This document shows positions 7,688 to 15,546 of a stretch of DNA of 64,000 bases, one piece after another. The stretch lies in the NCBI GenBank assembly GCA_031277095.1, contig JAISLU010000023.1:5-64004 (forward strand), in the 5' to 3' direction. Made by a program: the position numbers and the translations under genes. The number at the start of each line of letters is the position of its first letter. Position 1 is the first letter of the stretch. A model generated the notes under the pieces. It had not been told where the DNA came from and made no database searches. It was given only the letters and a program-made list of their open reading frames with translations. The stretch is from Synergistaceae bacterium (GTDB lineage Bacteria > Synergistota > Synergistia > Synergistales > Aminobacteriaceae).

Positions 7688-9365
7688 GCCCCGTTATCTC
7701 GGACTGATGAACATCGGCGAGCCCGCGCCGAGGACGGGATGTTGGATCGTTGTCAAGACCCTCCGGGGCCTGGAAATGGCGCTGCTGGGCGGGACATTGT
7801 CCAAGGAGCAGGAGACGAAGTACAGAAGCACCTGCTTCGACGAACCCAGCGACGAGCACACCCGCGGCCCCGAGCCCATGCTGCAGGAAGTGGAGTTTGT
7901 GGACCCCGCCAGCGAGGCCCAAATCCGTGAACATTATCTGCGGCGCTTGGACGAAGATGGGGTGCTGGTCCGCTCCAGGCAGATTTTACAGAATCATCAG
8001 CTCCAGATGAAGCTGGTGGACGTGGAGTACACCATGGACCGGAAAAAATTATTTTTCTACTTCACCTCCGAACAGCGCATCGATTTTCGGGCTTACGTGC
8101 GGGACCTGGCAAGAGAGTTTCGCATCCGTATAGAGATGCGCCAGATAGGGGTGCGGGACGAAGCCAAGACCGTCCGGGGGATAGCTCCCTGCGGCCGGGC
8201 CTGTTGCTGCAGCTATTGGCTCCATCGTTTCACCCCGATCAACATCCGCATGGTGAAGGAGCAGAATTTGGCACTGAACCCCACAAAAATATCGGGCATC
8301 TGCGGCAGGTTGATGTGCTGCATGGCCTACGAGCATTCCCATTACTCCGAGCTTTGGAAGACCCTCCCCAACCCCGGCGCCAAAATCAAAACCACCCAGG
8401 GAAATTACATCCTCGAGGGCGTGGACCTCCAGACGGAAAGCGTGAAAGTCCGTTTCCCGGAAGGCCGGGAGGTCCCCATTCCCATTGCCGAGTTCGCCGA
8501 CTTCAAAGACACCATTCTGCGGGGCGAGGAATGGAAAGAAACCCCGGCGGAGACTCTCACGCGCCGGACGCTGCTCCCCTTCAGGTCCATAACCTCCAGA
8601 ACCGTCATTTCCCCCAAAACCCTGCGCCCCGCTGTGAGGGAGGTGCGGGCGGCGGAACATACGAAAGACCTGGCCAAAGAGTCCAAAGACGCCAGAAACA
8701 ACAAAAAATTCAAACCCGAGAAAATTTCCATCGAAGAGCATATCGCGGTGCGCATCAGCGAGAGAATCCCAAATGACAAAATCTCGAATGAGAGAACCGC
8801 GAGATCCGTCAATGAAAGAGCCCCTCATGAAAGGGCTCCCCATGAAAGGGTTCCTTATGAAAGATCTTCACATACTGAAAGATCTTTTAATGAAAGAAAT
8901 TCCCGCACTGAAAAACCTTCCCGCACTGAAAAATCTTTCAATGCAAGAACCGCCGATGAACGGGACCCGAATCCGCCGAAAGCCGATGCGGCTCAAAAAA
9001 ACATGCCCGGAAAGAAGCGCCTTCGGCATCACAAAAGCAGCAAGCCAGGCAAGCCACTCAGTGGCAAGCCAATCAGTGGCAAACCACCAAGCGACAAGCC
9101 ACTGCCCAATCCTGGGGCCCCGGGGGAGAGGCTCACGCGTCCAGAGCAGCCTTTGCAACCAAAGCAGGCGCAGCAACCTGCCCAGCCTTCGAGAAACTCA
9201 GCCCCCCAAAAGACCGACGCGGGGCCCCGCCCTCCTCGCGAGCCGGGCGGAGAGACACAAAAAGGAGCCGACGACCGCCGCCGCCCCCGCCCTCAGAACG
9301 TTCAGCGGAGCCCTCAGCGGGGCCGCGACGACCACAGCCAGGCCCCGGGTAAGGAGGATTCGTGA
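7659..9365 (+). CDS. ricT: PSP1-domain protein RicT/YaaT with a ~270-aa low-complexity C-terminal extension
   Basis: Contains KLFFYFTSEQRIDFRAYVRDLAREFRIRIEMRQIGVRDEAK...CGRACCCSYWL...CGRLMCCMAYE. TTG start lies 9 nt after AAGGAGG. Confidence 0.8.
   Translation: MNIYLAVFGKPRYLGLMNIGEPAPRTGCWIVVKTLRGLEMALLGGTLSKEQETKYRSTCFDEPSDEHTRGPEPMLQEVEFVDPASEAQIREHYLRRLDEDGVLVRSRQILQNHQLQMKLVDVEYTMDRKKLFFYFTSEQRIDFRAYVRDLAREFRIRIEMRQIGVRDEAKTVRGIAPCGRACCCSYWLHRFTPINIRMVKEQNLALNPTKISGICGRLMCCMAYEHSHYSELWKTLPNPGAKIKTTQGNYILEGVDLQTESVKVRFPEGREVPIPIAEFADFKDTILRGEEWKETPAETLTRRTLLPFRSITSRTVISPKTLRPAVREVRAAEHTKDLAKESKDARNNKKFKPEKISIEEHIAVRISERIPNDKISNERTARSVNERAPHERAPHERVPYERSSHTERSFNERNSRTEKPSRTEKSFNARTADERDPNPPKADAAQKNMPGKKRLRHHKSSKPGKPLSGKPISGKPPSDKPLPNPGAPGERLTRPEQPLQPKQAQQPAQPSRNSAPQKTDAGPRPPREPGGETQKGADDRRRPRPQNVQRSPQRGRDDHSQAPGKEDS
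8808..8943 (+). repeat. Degenerate tandem array (~15-nt units, core ATGAAAG / CTGAAAA) in the ricT tail
   Basis: CAATGAAAGAGCCCCT CATGAAAGGGCTCCC CATGAAAGGGTTCCTT ATGAAAGATC..., encoding ERAPHERAPHERVPYER and TEKPSRTEKS. Confidence 0.8.
9036..9105 (+). repeat. Tandem array 15 nt x~4.5 (GGCAAGCCACTCAGT) in the ricT tail
   Basis: Encodes GKPLSGKPISGKPPSDKPL. Confidence 0.85.
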
Positions 9366-10364
9366 ATGGCTTTTTTCGCCAGCTTGAAAGAAAATCTCAA
9401 AAAAAACCTCAAAGAGAATCTCAGGGGCGTCAAGGAACGATGGAGCGAGGGCATAGCGTCGCTTTTTACCGGAGAGCCTTTCGACGACGCTTTCTGGAAC
9501 GAATTGGAGGAGCGATTGATCCTGGGCGACGTGGGCGTGGATCTTTCCGAGGCTATCGTGGACGAGATGAAACACGAGGCGAAAAAGAGAAAGGTGTCCA
9601 CAAAGTCCGATCTCAAGAGTATTTTTGTGGCGGACATTGCCCATCGGCTGGCGGCTGTGGAGGGGATGGGACAGCCCTTTTCGGTGGACGACCCTCCTCT
9701 CGTCCTTTTGATGGCGGGGGTGAACGGAAGCGGGAAAACCACCTCCGCCGGGAAGCTGGCCCTGCAATTTTCGCGTCAGGGCCGGCAGGTCGTCCTGGGT
9801 GCCGCAGACACCTTTCGCGCCGCCGCCACGGAGCAGCTGCAGGTATGGGGAGAGCGCGCCGGAGTGAGAGTCGTGGCCCAAAAGCCGGGCAGCGACCCGG
9901 CGGCCGTCGCCTTTGACGCCTGGCAGGCAGTGCGGGCCTCGTCCTCGGACGTGCTGATCGTGGACACGGCGGGACGCCTGCACGCAAAACACAACTTGAT
10001 GGAGGAGCTGCGGAAAATCTACAAGGTGCTGGAGCGGGAGGCCGGCGCGGACCATATACGGACCGTTCTGGTGCTGGACGCCGTGACGGGCCAAAACGGC
10101 GTCGCCCAGGCCGCGACCTTCAATCAAATTTTCCCCTTGTCCGCGGTGATCCTGTCCAAGTACGACAACACCGCGAAGGGCGGCGTCGTGCTGCCCATCG
10201 CCTGCAACCTGAAAATACCCATTCGCTACATTGGCCTGGGAGAGGGGATAGAGGACCTGAGCCCCTTCGACCCCGGGGAGTTCGCCTCGGCCCTGATGGA
10301 ACAGGATGAAACGCAGCAGGATGAAATGCAGCAAAATAAGGCGGACAACGGGGGTGCCCAATGA
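9366..10364 (+). CDS. ftsY: Signal recognition particle receptor
   Basis: [22 protein letters not shown] and KYDNTAKGG motifs. In-frame repeats lie at both ends (9387-9422 12 nt x3 KENL/KKNL; 10302-10331 15 nt x2 [10 protein letters not shown]). Confidence 0.9.
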   Translation: MAFFASLKENLKKNLKENLRGVKERWSEGIASLFTGEPFDDAFWNELEERLILGDVGVDLSEAIVDEMKHEAKKRKVSTKSDLKSIFVADIAHRLAAVEGMGQPFSVDDPPLVLLMAGVNGSGKTTSAGKLALQFSRQGRQVVLGAADTFRAAATEQLQVWGERAGVRVVAQKPGSDPAAVAFDAWQAVRASSSDVLIVDTAGRLHAKHNLMEELRKIYKVLEREAGADHIRTVLVLDAVTGQNGVAQAATFNQIFPLSAVILSKYDNTAKGGVVLPIACNLKIPIRYIGLGEGIEDLSPFDPGEFASALMEQDETQQDEMQQNKADNGGAQ

Positions 10365-11509
10365 TCTTTTCTCGCGCCCAAGAGCTTAAAGCTCTCACCA
10401 CCCGATCGAGCCTGACCGTTTTGCTGCGCGCGTTTTACCGCATGGGACTGGATTACTGCGTCCTGCCTCCCTCCGACGGGTTCGGAGACATCATCGTCTT
10501 TACGAAAGACCAGTTGGTCTCCTTGATTGAACGCAACAGCGAGGCCTCCATCCTGGACATATCGAGGCGGGTCGCCCAGGGGCTCTTCAAGCCCGTCGCG
10601 ATTTTCAAGTCCGATGCGTCCTCCAGCGATTTCGTTTCCAAAGGAGGCTTTGCGGACCCGGAAAAACTTCAAGTCCTCGTCGTCGACGAAGAGGGGGCGA
10701 GCGTTTCTTCCCTGAAGGAGGCCCTCATCCCCAGAACACCCAATTTTCCCGAATGGTGGGAGGCCCCGATCCCCTTCGCCCTGTTCGAGCGGGGAAAAAC
10801 CTACATCAACCGCACGGCCATGCTGATGTTCGGCCCCGATCTGAAGCGCATCGCGACCGACGACCTCCCCGACAAAAATGAGTTTTTGGTGACCCTGGAG
10901 GGAAAAGGGAGCCCCTGCACCGTCACCTTTCGCCGCTTGGAGGGAACTATTTTCATGCTGGACGACTGCACCAGCGACGCCGCGGCCGCGGCGGACATAG
11001 CCTGGTGGGCGGCGGTGGGCAAGGCCTGGTCCACGGAACTCGACGCGGAAAAACGTGTTCACCGCCGCTGCGGCAAAGAGGAGGCGGAGAGCCTCCGCGC
11101 CAACCACATCGTTCTCACCTGCGAATGGGAGGGTGAACTGCTGGGATATTTTTGCGTAGAAAAGACCGCCAGAAAAATACGCCGCTCCCCCGCGACTCTC
11201 GCAAAAGACCAGACCAAAACCGGAATAAAAGAGAAAGGGAAAGAAAAGGAAAAAACGGGGGAAAAAGAAACCCGCCGCTCCTCTTCCCAATCTTCTCCCA
11301 AATCTTCTTCTCAATCTTCTTCCAAATCTTCTTCCCAGCCCTCTTCCGAGAAAAATTCGGGAGAAGATACGGAGGACCAGGGCAACGAAACCCTCAGAGT
11401 TCTCGGCCCTCAGGCAATGGGACTCCTGGCGCCCGGGCTCTATCCTTCCGCCCCAGAAGAATCAGATCATGAAGAATTGGATCATGAAAAATTTGATCAT
11501 GGGCAATGA
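10361..11509 (+). CDS. Hypothetical protein with a Ser/Lys/Glu-rich tail
   Basis: Long ORF coupled to ftsY by an ATGA overlap. No family recognised. The tail is KEKGKEKEKTGEKE...SSSQSSPKSSSQSSSKSSSQPSS. Confidence 0.5.
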   Translation: MIFSRAQELKALTTRSSLTVLLRAFYRMGLDYCVLPPSDGFGDIIVFTKDQLVSLIERNSEASILDISRRVAQGLFKPVAIFKSDASSSDFVSKGGFADPEKLQVLVVDEEGASVSSLKEALIPRTPNFPEWWEAPIPFALFERGKTYINRTAMLMFGPDLKRIATDDLPDKNEFLVTLEGKGSPCTVTFRRLEGTIFMLDDCTSDAAAAADIAWWAAVGKAWSTELDAEKRVHRRCGKEEAESLRANHIVLTCEWEGELLGYFCVEKTARKIRRSPATLAKDQTKTGIKEKGKEKEKTGEKETRRSSSQSSPKSSSQSSSKSSSQPSSEKNSGEDTEDQGNETLRVLGPQAMGLLAPGLYPSAPEESDHEELDHEKFDHGQ

Positions 11510-11575
11510 GGTCATGGAAGATCCGATCATGAAAAATGAGGTCATGAAAAATCCGATCATGGGAAATCCCATGAC
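11464..11575 (+). repeat. Tandem array ~15 nt x7 (GATCATGAAAAAT-type units) spanning the junction of two genes
   Basis: GATCATGAAGAATTG GATCATGAAAAATTT GATCATGGGCAATGAG GTCATGGAAGATCC GATCATGAAAAATGAG GTCATGAAAAATCC GATCATGGGAAATCC. Confidence 0.9.
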
Positions 11576-12098
11576 CGACCCGCTGGTAAAGCGAATTGCG
11601 GGCATTTTGTACCCGGCTGAAGATTTGGGCGGGCAGTGGTTCGACTGGGCGGTGGAAAAGCTGCGGGCCCTTTGGGGCGAGCCGGAGATCCTCGGCCTTC
11701 CCGTGCCTTTCACGACCACGGACTACTACCGTTGTATCGCTCCGCGCCTTCTCCGCCGTTTCGTCTGTTTCCAGGGGCTCGTTCCGGCCGGCGGCCTGTC
11801 CGAGTGGAAGCGCGCCTCGATAGAGATCGAGAAGGCAAGCCGGACCCCCCGGATCGTCAACATCGACCCTGGATACGTGGACGGGGCACGGCTCGTTCTG
11901 GCCTCCACGAAGGACCACGCCCACCGGATCTATCTCCGGGACGGCATTTACGCCGAGGTGACGATGCGTTTTCGGTTCGGAAAATGGGCGTCCTTCGACT
12001 ATACTTTTCCTGATTTCGCCGGCGGCCTCTACGACGATTTCTTGTCGGAAGCGCGGGACGCCTGGCGGAATTCCGATAAAAGGAGGAAGAACCGATGA
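11469..12098 (+). CDS. DUF4416-like protein
   Basis: The core NIDPGYVDGARLVLASTKDHAHRIYLRDGIYAEVTMRF resembles DUF4416. Eight in-frame ATGs lie at 11469-11571, so the true start is ambiguous (11571 gives MTDPLVKR...). Confidence 0.5.
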   Translation: MKNWIMKNLIMGNEVMEDPIMKNEVMKNPIMGNPMTDPLVKRIAGILYPAEDLGGQWFDWAVEKLRALWGEPEILGLPVPFTTTDYYRCIAPRLLRRFVCFQGLVPAGGLSEWKRASIEIEKASRTPRIVNIDPGYVDGARLVLASTKDHAHRIYLRDGIYAEVTMRFRFGKWASFDYTFPDFAGGLYDDFLSEARDAWRNSDKRRKNR

Positions 12099-13390
12099 TC
12101 GATCGTTACACCACCGCGGCGATGTCCAAGATATGGAGCGAGGAAAATCGCTTTGCCCTCATGCTGCAGGTGGAGCTTGCGGCGTGCCGGGCGTGGAGCG
12201 AGGAAGGGCGGATTCCCCGGGAGGCCCTGGACGATATTTTGAAAAAGGCGGCGTTTTCCGTCACCCGCATCGGGGAAATAGAAAGCACGGTCCACCATGA
12301 CGTCATCGCCTTCGTCACCTCCGTGGCCGAAAGCATCGGAGAAAACGGGCGTTACGTCCACCTGGGGCTTACCAGCAGCGACGTCTTGGACACGGCCTCG
12401 TCCCTGATGCTGCGGGATGCCCTTGCCCTCGTCAAGGAGGCGGTTCTTGAGCTGGACGCCGCCGTGACGGAGAAGGCCCTGAAGTACAAACATCTGCCCT
12501 GCGTGGGGCGAACCCACGGCATACACGCCGAGCCCATGACCCTGGGGCTCAAATTTTTGAACTGGCACGCCGAGCTGCAGCGGGACCTGGAGCGCGTCGA
12601 CCTGGCGGCTTCCCAGATTTCCTGGGGTAAAATTTCCGGCGCGGTGGGAACCTACGCCCTCTGTCCTCCGGAAATCGAGGCGCGGGTGTGCGAACTGCTG
12701 GGCCTGAGCCCCGCGCTCGTCTCGAACCAGATTCTCCAGCGGGACCGGCACGCCCAGGTTCTGAGCGCCCTGGCGCTGTTGGGCTGCGGACTGGAACGCA
12801 TGGCTATGGAGGTGCGCCACCTCCAGCGCACCGAGGTCGGCGAGCTTTACGAACCCTTCGGCAGCGGGCAGAAGGGCTCCAGCGCCATGCCCCACAAGCG
12901 CAATCCGATCAAGAGCGAGCGGGTCTGCGGCATGGCCCGCCTGTTGCGCGGCTACGCCCTGACGGCCATGGAAAACGTGGCCCTCTGGCACGAGCGGGAC
13001 ATCAGCCACTCCTCCACGGAGAGGGTGATCTGGCCGGACGCCTTTCACACGGTCCATTTCATGCTCTCGGATATGAGGGATATCCTGGCCAAGCTCACCG
13101 TGGACGAAAAACGCATCCAGGAGGACCTGGAACTCACCCACGGACTTATCTACAGTCAGCGGGTGATGCTGGCCCTGCTGGACGAGCTGGCGCTTCCCCG
13201 GGAGGCGGTCTATGAGATCGTCCAGGACAACGCGATGCTCACGGCGCAGGGCGGCGGAAAATTTATCGATCTCCTGAAAAAAGACCCGCGCCTCGAGGGA
13301 CTGATAGACGCGGAAAAACTGGCTTCTTTGTTTGAAGCGAATTTTTACACCCGTTACGTGGACAGAATCTTCGAGCGTTTCGGGCTTTAG
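12095..13390 (+). CDS. purB: Adenylosuccinate lyase
   Basis: MIDRYTTAAMSKIWSEENRF..., the GSSAMPHKRNP signature, full length. ATGA overlap with the upstream stop. Confidence 0.92.
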   Translation: MIDRYTTAAMSKIWSEENRFALMLQVELAACRAWSEEGRIPREALDDILKKAAFSVTRIGEIESTVHHDVIAFVTSVAESIGENGRYVHLGLTSSDVLDTASSLMLRDALALVKEAVLELDAAVTEKALKYKHLPCVGRTHGIHAEPMTLGLKFLNWHAELQRDLERVDLAASQISWGKISGAVGTYALCPPEIEARVCELLGLSPALVSNQILQRDRHAQVLSALALLGCGLERMAMEVRHLQRTEVGELYEPFGSGQKGSSAMPHKRNPIKSERVCGMARLLRGYALTAMENVALWHERDISHSSTERVIWPDAFHTVHFMLSDMRDILAKLTVDEKRIQEDLELTHGLIYSQRVMLALLDELALPREAVYEIVQDNAMLTAQGGGKFIDLLKKDPRLEGLIDAEKLASLFEANFYTRYVDRIFERFGL

Positions 13391-13410
13391 CCCACCCGCT
13401 CCAGAACGGG

Positions 13411-13495
13411 AATCATGAGCAGAGAGTCATGGCAGAAAAGCATGAATGGAAAAGCATGAGTAGTCATGAATAGTCATGGATAGAAAATTATGAGC
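13411..13495. repeat. Irregular tandem array of (A/G)(G/T)CATG(A/G) units (7 copies, 10-14 nt apart) between purB and the recombinase gene
   Basis: AATCATGAGC AGAGAGTCATGG CAGAAAAGCATGAATGGAAAAGCATGAGTAGTCATGAATAGTCATGGATAGAAAATTATGAGC. The last ATG (13490) is the CDS start. Confidence 0.85.
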
Positions 13496-14509
13496 GAGAA
13501 ATCCGAAATCATGGACGAGGCTTCAGAGCGTAGAGAAGAGCATGAAGAAGAACGTGGAGAAGAGCGTAGAGAAGAGCATGAAGAACTGCCCCTCTGGAAC
13601 GAGCTGAGTATCGACGAGGCGAGGGTCCTGCTGGATCGTTTCCGCATGTACCTCATAGGGGAGCGGGGGCGCAGCCATCTTACGGCCGAAGGCTACACCT
13701 CCGACCTGCGGCAATGGCTGAAGTTTTGCGAAACCAACGGCCTGGTTGCCTTTCCCCCCACGTTTCCCGCCGTCAGCGCATTCCGAAAGCACATGGACGA
13801 GGAGGGCAAACTGCGCTCCACTCAGCAGCGCTGCATCGCCGCCATGCGCTCCTGGATTCATTTCGTGGAGATGGAGGAGGGGGAGGAACTGGAGATCCCG
13901 CTGCCCGACCTGCCCGACAAAACCAGGCTCCAGCCCCGCATACTGAACGAAGGGGAAATCAAAAGGCTGATGGACGCCTGTCAGGGAACCAAGCCTTTGG
14001 TCGTGCGGGACCGGGCCATCTTCGAGATCGGCTATGGGTGCGGGCTGAGGGCCAGTGAAATTTGCGGGCTGGACATGTTGGACCTGGATTTCGACTCGAA
14101 AATTCTGCGGGCAAAAGGCAAGGGAGACAAGGAGCGGGTGGTCCCCTTCCTGGGCGAGGCCGCGCGGAGCGTGAAAATCTATCTCGAAACGGCCCGCCCC
14201 CAGTTGAAGGGCGACGCCGGCCACAAAAGCAAAAACAAGGTCTTTTTGTCCTGCTCCGGGCGTCCCCTGAACCGCCAGGACATGTGGCGCATTTTGAGAA
14301 AACGCGGACGCCAGGCGGGGATAGCCTCGTCCCGGTTGTATCCTCATATCCTGCGGCACAGCTGCGCGACGCATCTTTTGGCCAGGGGTATGGACATGCG
14401 GACGCTGCAGGAAATGCTGGGGCATTCCTCGATCATTACCACTCAAACCTACGCCCACTTCGACCGGGAAATGAGGCTTGTCTACGACCAGTTCCACCCG
14501 CGAGCATAA
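13490..14509 (+). CDS. Tyrosine site-specific recombinase, XerC/XerD family
   Basis: GLRASEICGL (Arg), HILRHSCATHLL (HxxR), LGHSSIITTQTYAH (His...Tyr). The N-terminus has a 24-nt unit repeated at 13526-13549 and 13562-13585 (ERREEHEE). Confidence 0.85.
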   Translation: MSEKSEIMDEASERREEHEEERGEERREEHEELPLWNELSIDEARVLLDRFRMYLIGERGRSHLTAEGYTSDLRQWLKFCETNGLVAFPPTFPAVSAFRKHMDEEGKLRSTQQRCIAAMRSWIHFVEMEEGEELEIPLPDLPDKTRLQPRILNEGEIKRLMDACQGTKPLVVRDRAIFEIGYGCGLRASEICGLDMLDLDFDSKILRAKGKGDKERVVPFLGEAARSVKIYLETARPQLKGDAGHKSKNKVFLSCSGRPLNRQDMWRILRKRGRQAGIASSRLYPHILRHSCATHLLARGMDMRTLQEMLGHSSIITTQTYAHFDREMRLVYDQFHPRA

Positions 14510-14700
14510 AAGTTTTGCTTGAAGGAGTTTTTTGTGCCCGTAATTCAAGCCCCCTACATTCGATTCCCATCTGACAGCGGTTTATGTTCAGGGGGGTCTC
14601 GGGGGGCCAGTGAGGCCGCTTTTGGGCGAACGAGTTCCGCCCCTCTGAGCTTGAAGGTTTTATTCAGGTATGAGATTTACGTTGGGAAGGTGTGTTGCAA

Positions 14701-15546
14701 ATGTCTGACGATCGTTATTACGAAAATGTCCAGGAGGCCCTGAGGTATCTCCAGTCCGCCGCGGAGGGCTTCCAACCTAAGACCGCCATCGTGCTGGGGT
14801 CGGGGTTGGGGAGCGTCTCCGAAAAAATCCTCGGCGCCCAGGTCATCGATACGAAAGATATCCCTCATTGGCCGCGCTGCACGGCGCCCGGTCACGCGGG
14901 GAAGGTTTTCCTGGGGAAAATCGAGGGCCGCCCCGTGGTGCTGCTCAAGGGGCGTGTGCATTTTTACGAGGGATACCTCATGCGGGACGTCACCTTCTCC
15001 ACGCGGGTGCTGGGAATGTGGGGCGTCGCGCAGTATGTGGGGACAAACGCTTCGGGCGCTGTGGACACCCGTTTGAAACCTCGGGATATCGTGCTGCTCG
15101 AAGATCACATCAACTATATGGGGACCAATCCGCTGATCGGCGGACCCGAACCGCGATGGAACGCGCGCTTTCCCGACATGACTCAGGTGTACAGCCCCCA
15201 CTTGCTGGATTTATGCGAGAGAGCCGCCTTGACGGAGGGGATTCGGACCCGGCGAGGAACCTATATCGCCTTTTCCGGCCCCTCCTACGAGACCCCGGCG
15301 GAGATCATGATGGCTCGCACTTTGGGGGCCTCGGTGGTGGGAATGTCCACCGTCCCGGAGGCCATCGTCTCGAAGGCGATGGGCATAGAGACGGTGGTAC
15401 TCTCCTGCGTGTCCAACATGGCGGCGGGTCTGGGCGGCGAAATTTTGACCTACGAAGAGGTGCTGTCGGTCATGGAGGAAACCTCCGCCCAATTGGGGAC
15501 CCTGATCTGCGCCTTCATGAAACAACTGGAGGACAACGCCCTCTGA
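14701..15546 (+). CDS. punA: Purine nucleoside phosphorylase (trimeric PunA type)
   Basis: IVLGSGLG, GHAGKVFLG, GRVHFYEG, GPSYETPAE and VGMSTVPE motifs. ATG 14701 is preceded by GGGAAGG. Confidence 0.85.
   Translation: MSDDRYYENVQEALRYLQSAAEGFQPKTAIVLGSGLGSVSEKILGAQVIDTKDIPHWPRCTAPGHAGKVFLGKIEGRPVVLLKGRVHFYEGYLMRDVTFSTRVLGMWGVAQYVGTNASGAVDTRLKPRDIVLLEDHINYMGTNPLIGGPEPRWNARFPDMTQVYSPHLLDLCERAALTEGIRTRRGTYIAFSGPSYETPAEIMMARTLGASVVGMSTVPEAIVSKAMGIETVVLSCVSNMAAGLGGEILTYEEVLSVMEETSAQLGTLICAFMKQLEDNAL

Noticed and set aside
8773-9387. 204-aa alternative-frame ORF with many Met residues inside the ricT tail
   Set aside because: It is a by-product of the ATGAAAG-containing repeats, and the ricT frame is continuous from the conserved PSP1 domain. 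There is no independent support.
13490-14509. Tyrosine recombinase as a phage or ICE integrase marking a mobile element
   Set aside because: Backbone GC, housekeeping neighbours (purB, punA), XerC/D-like length and motifs, and no flanking phage or conjugation genes.
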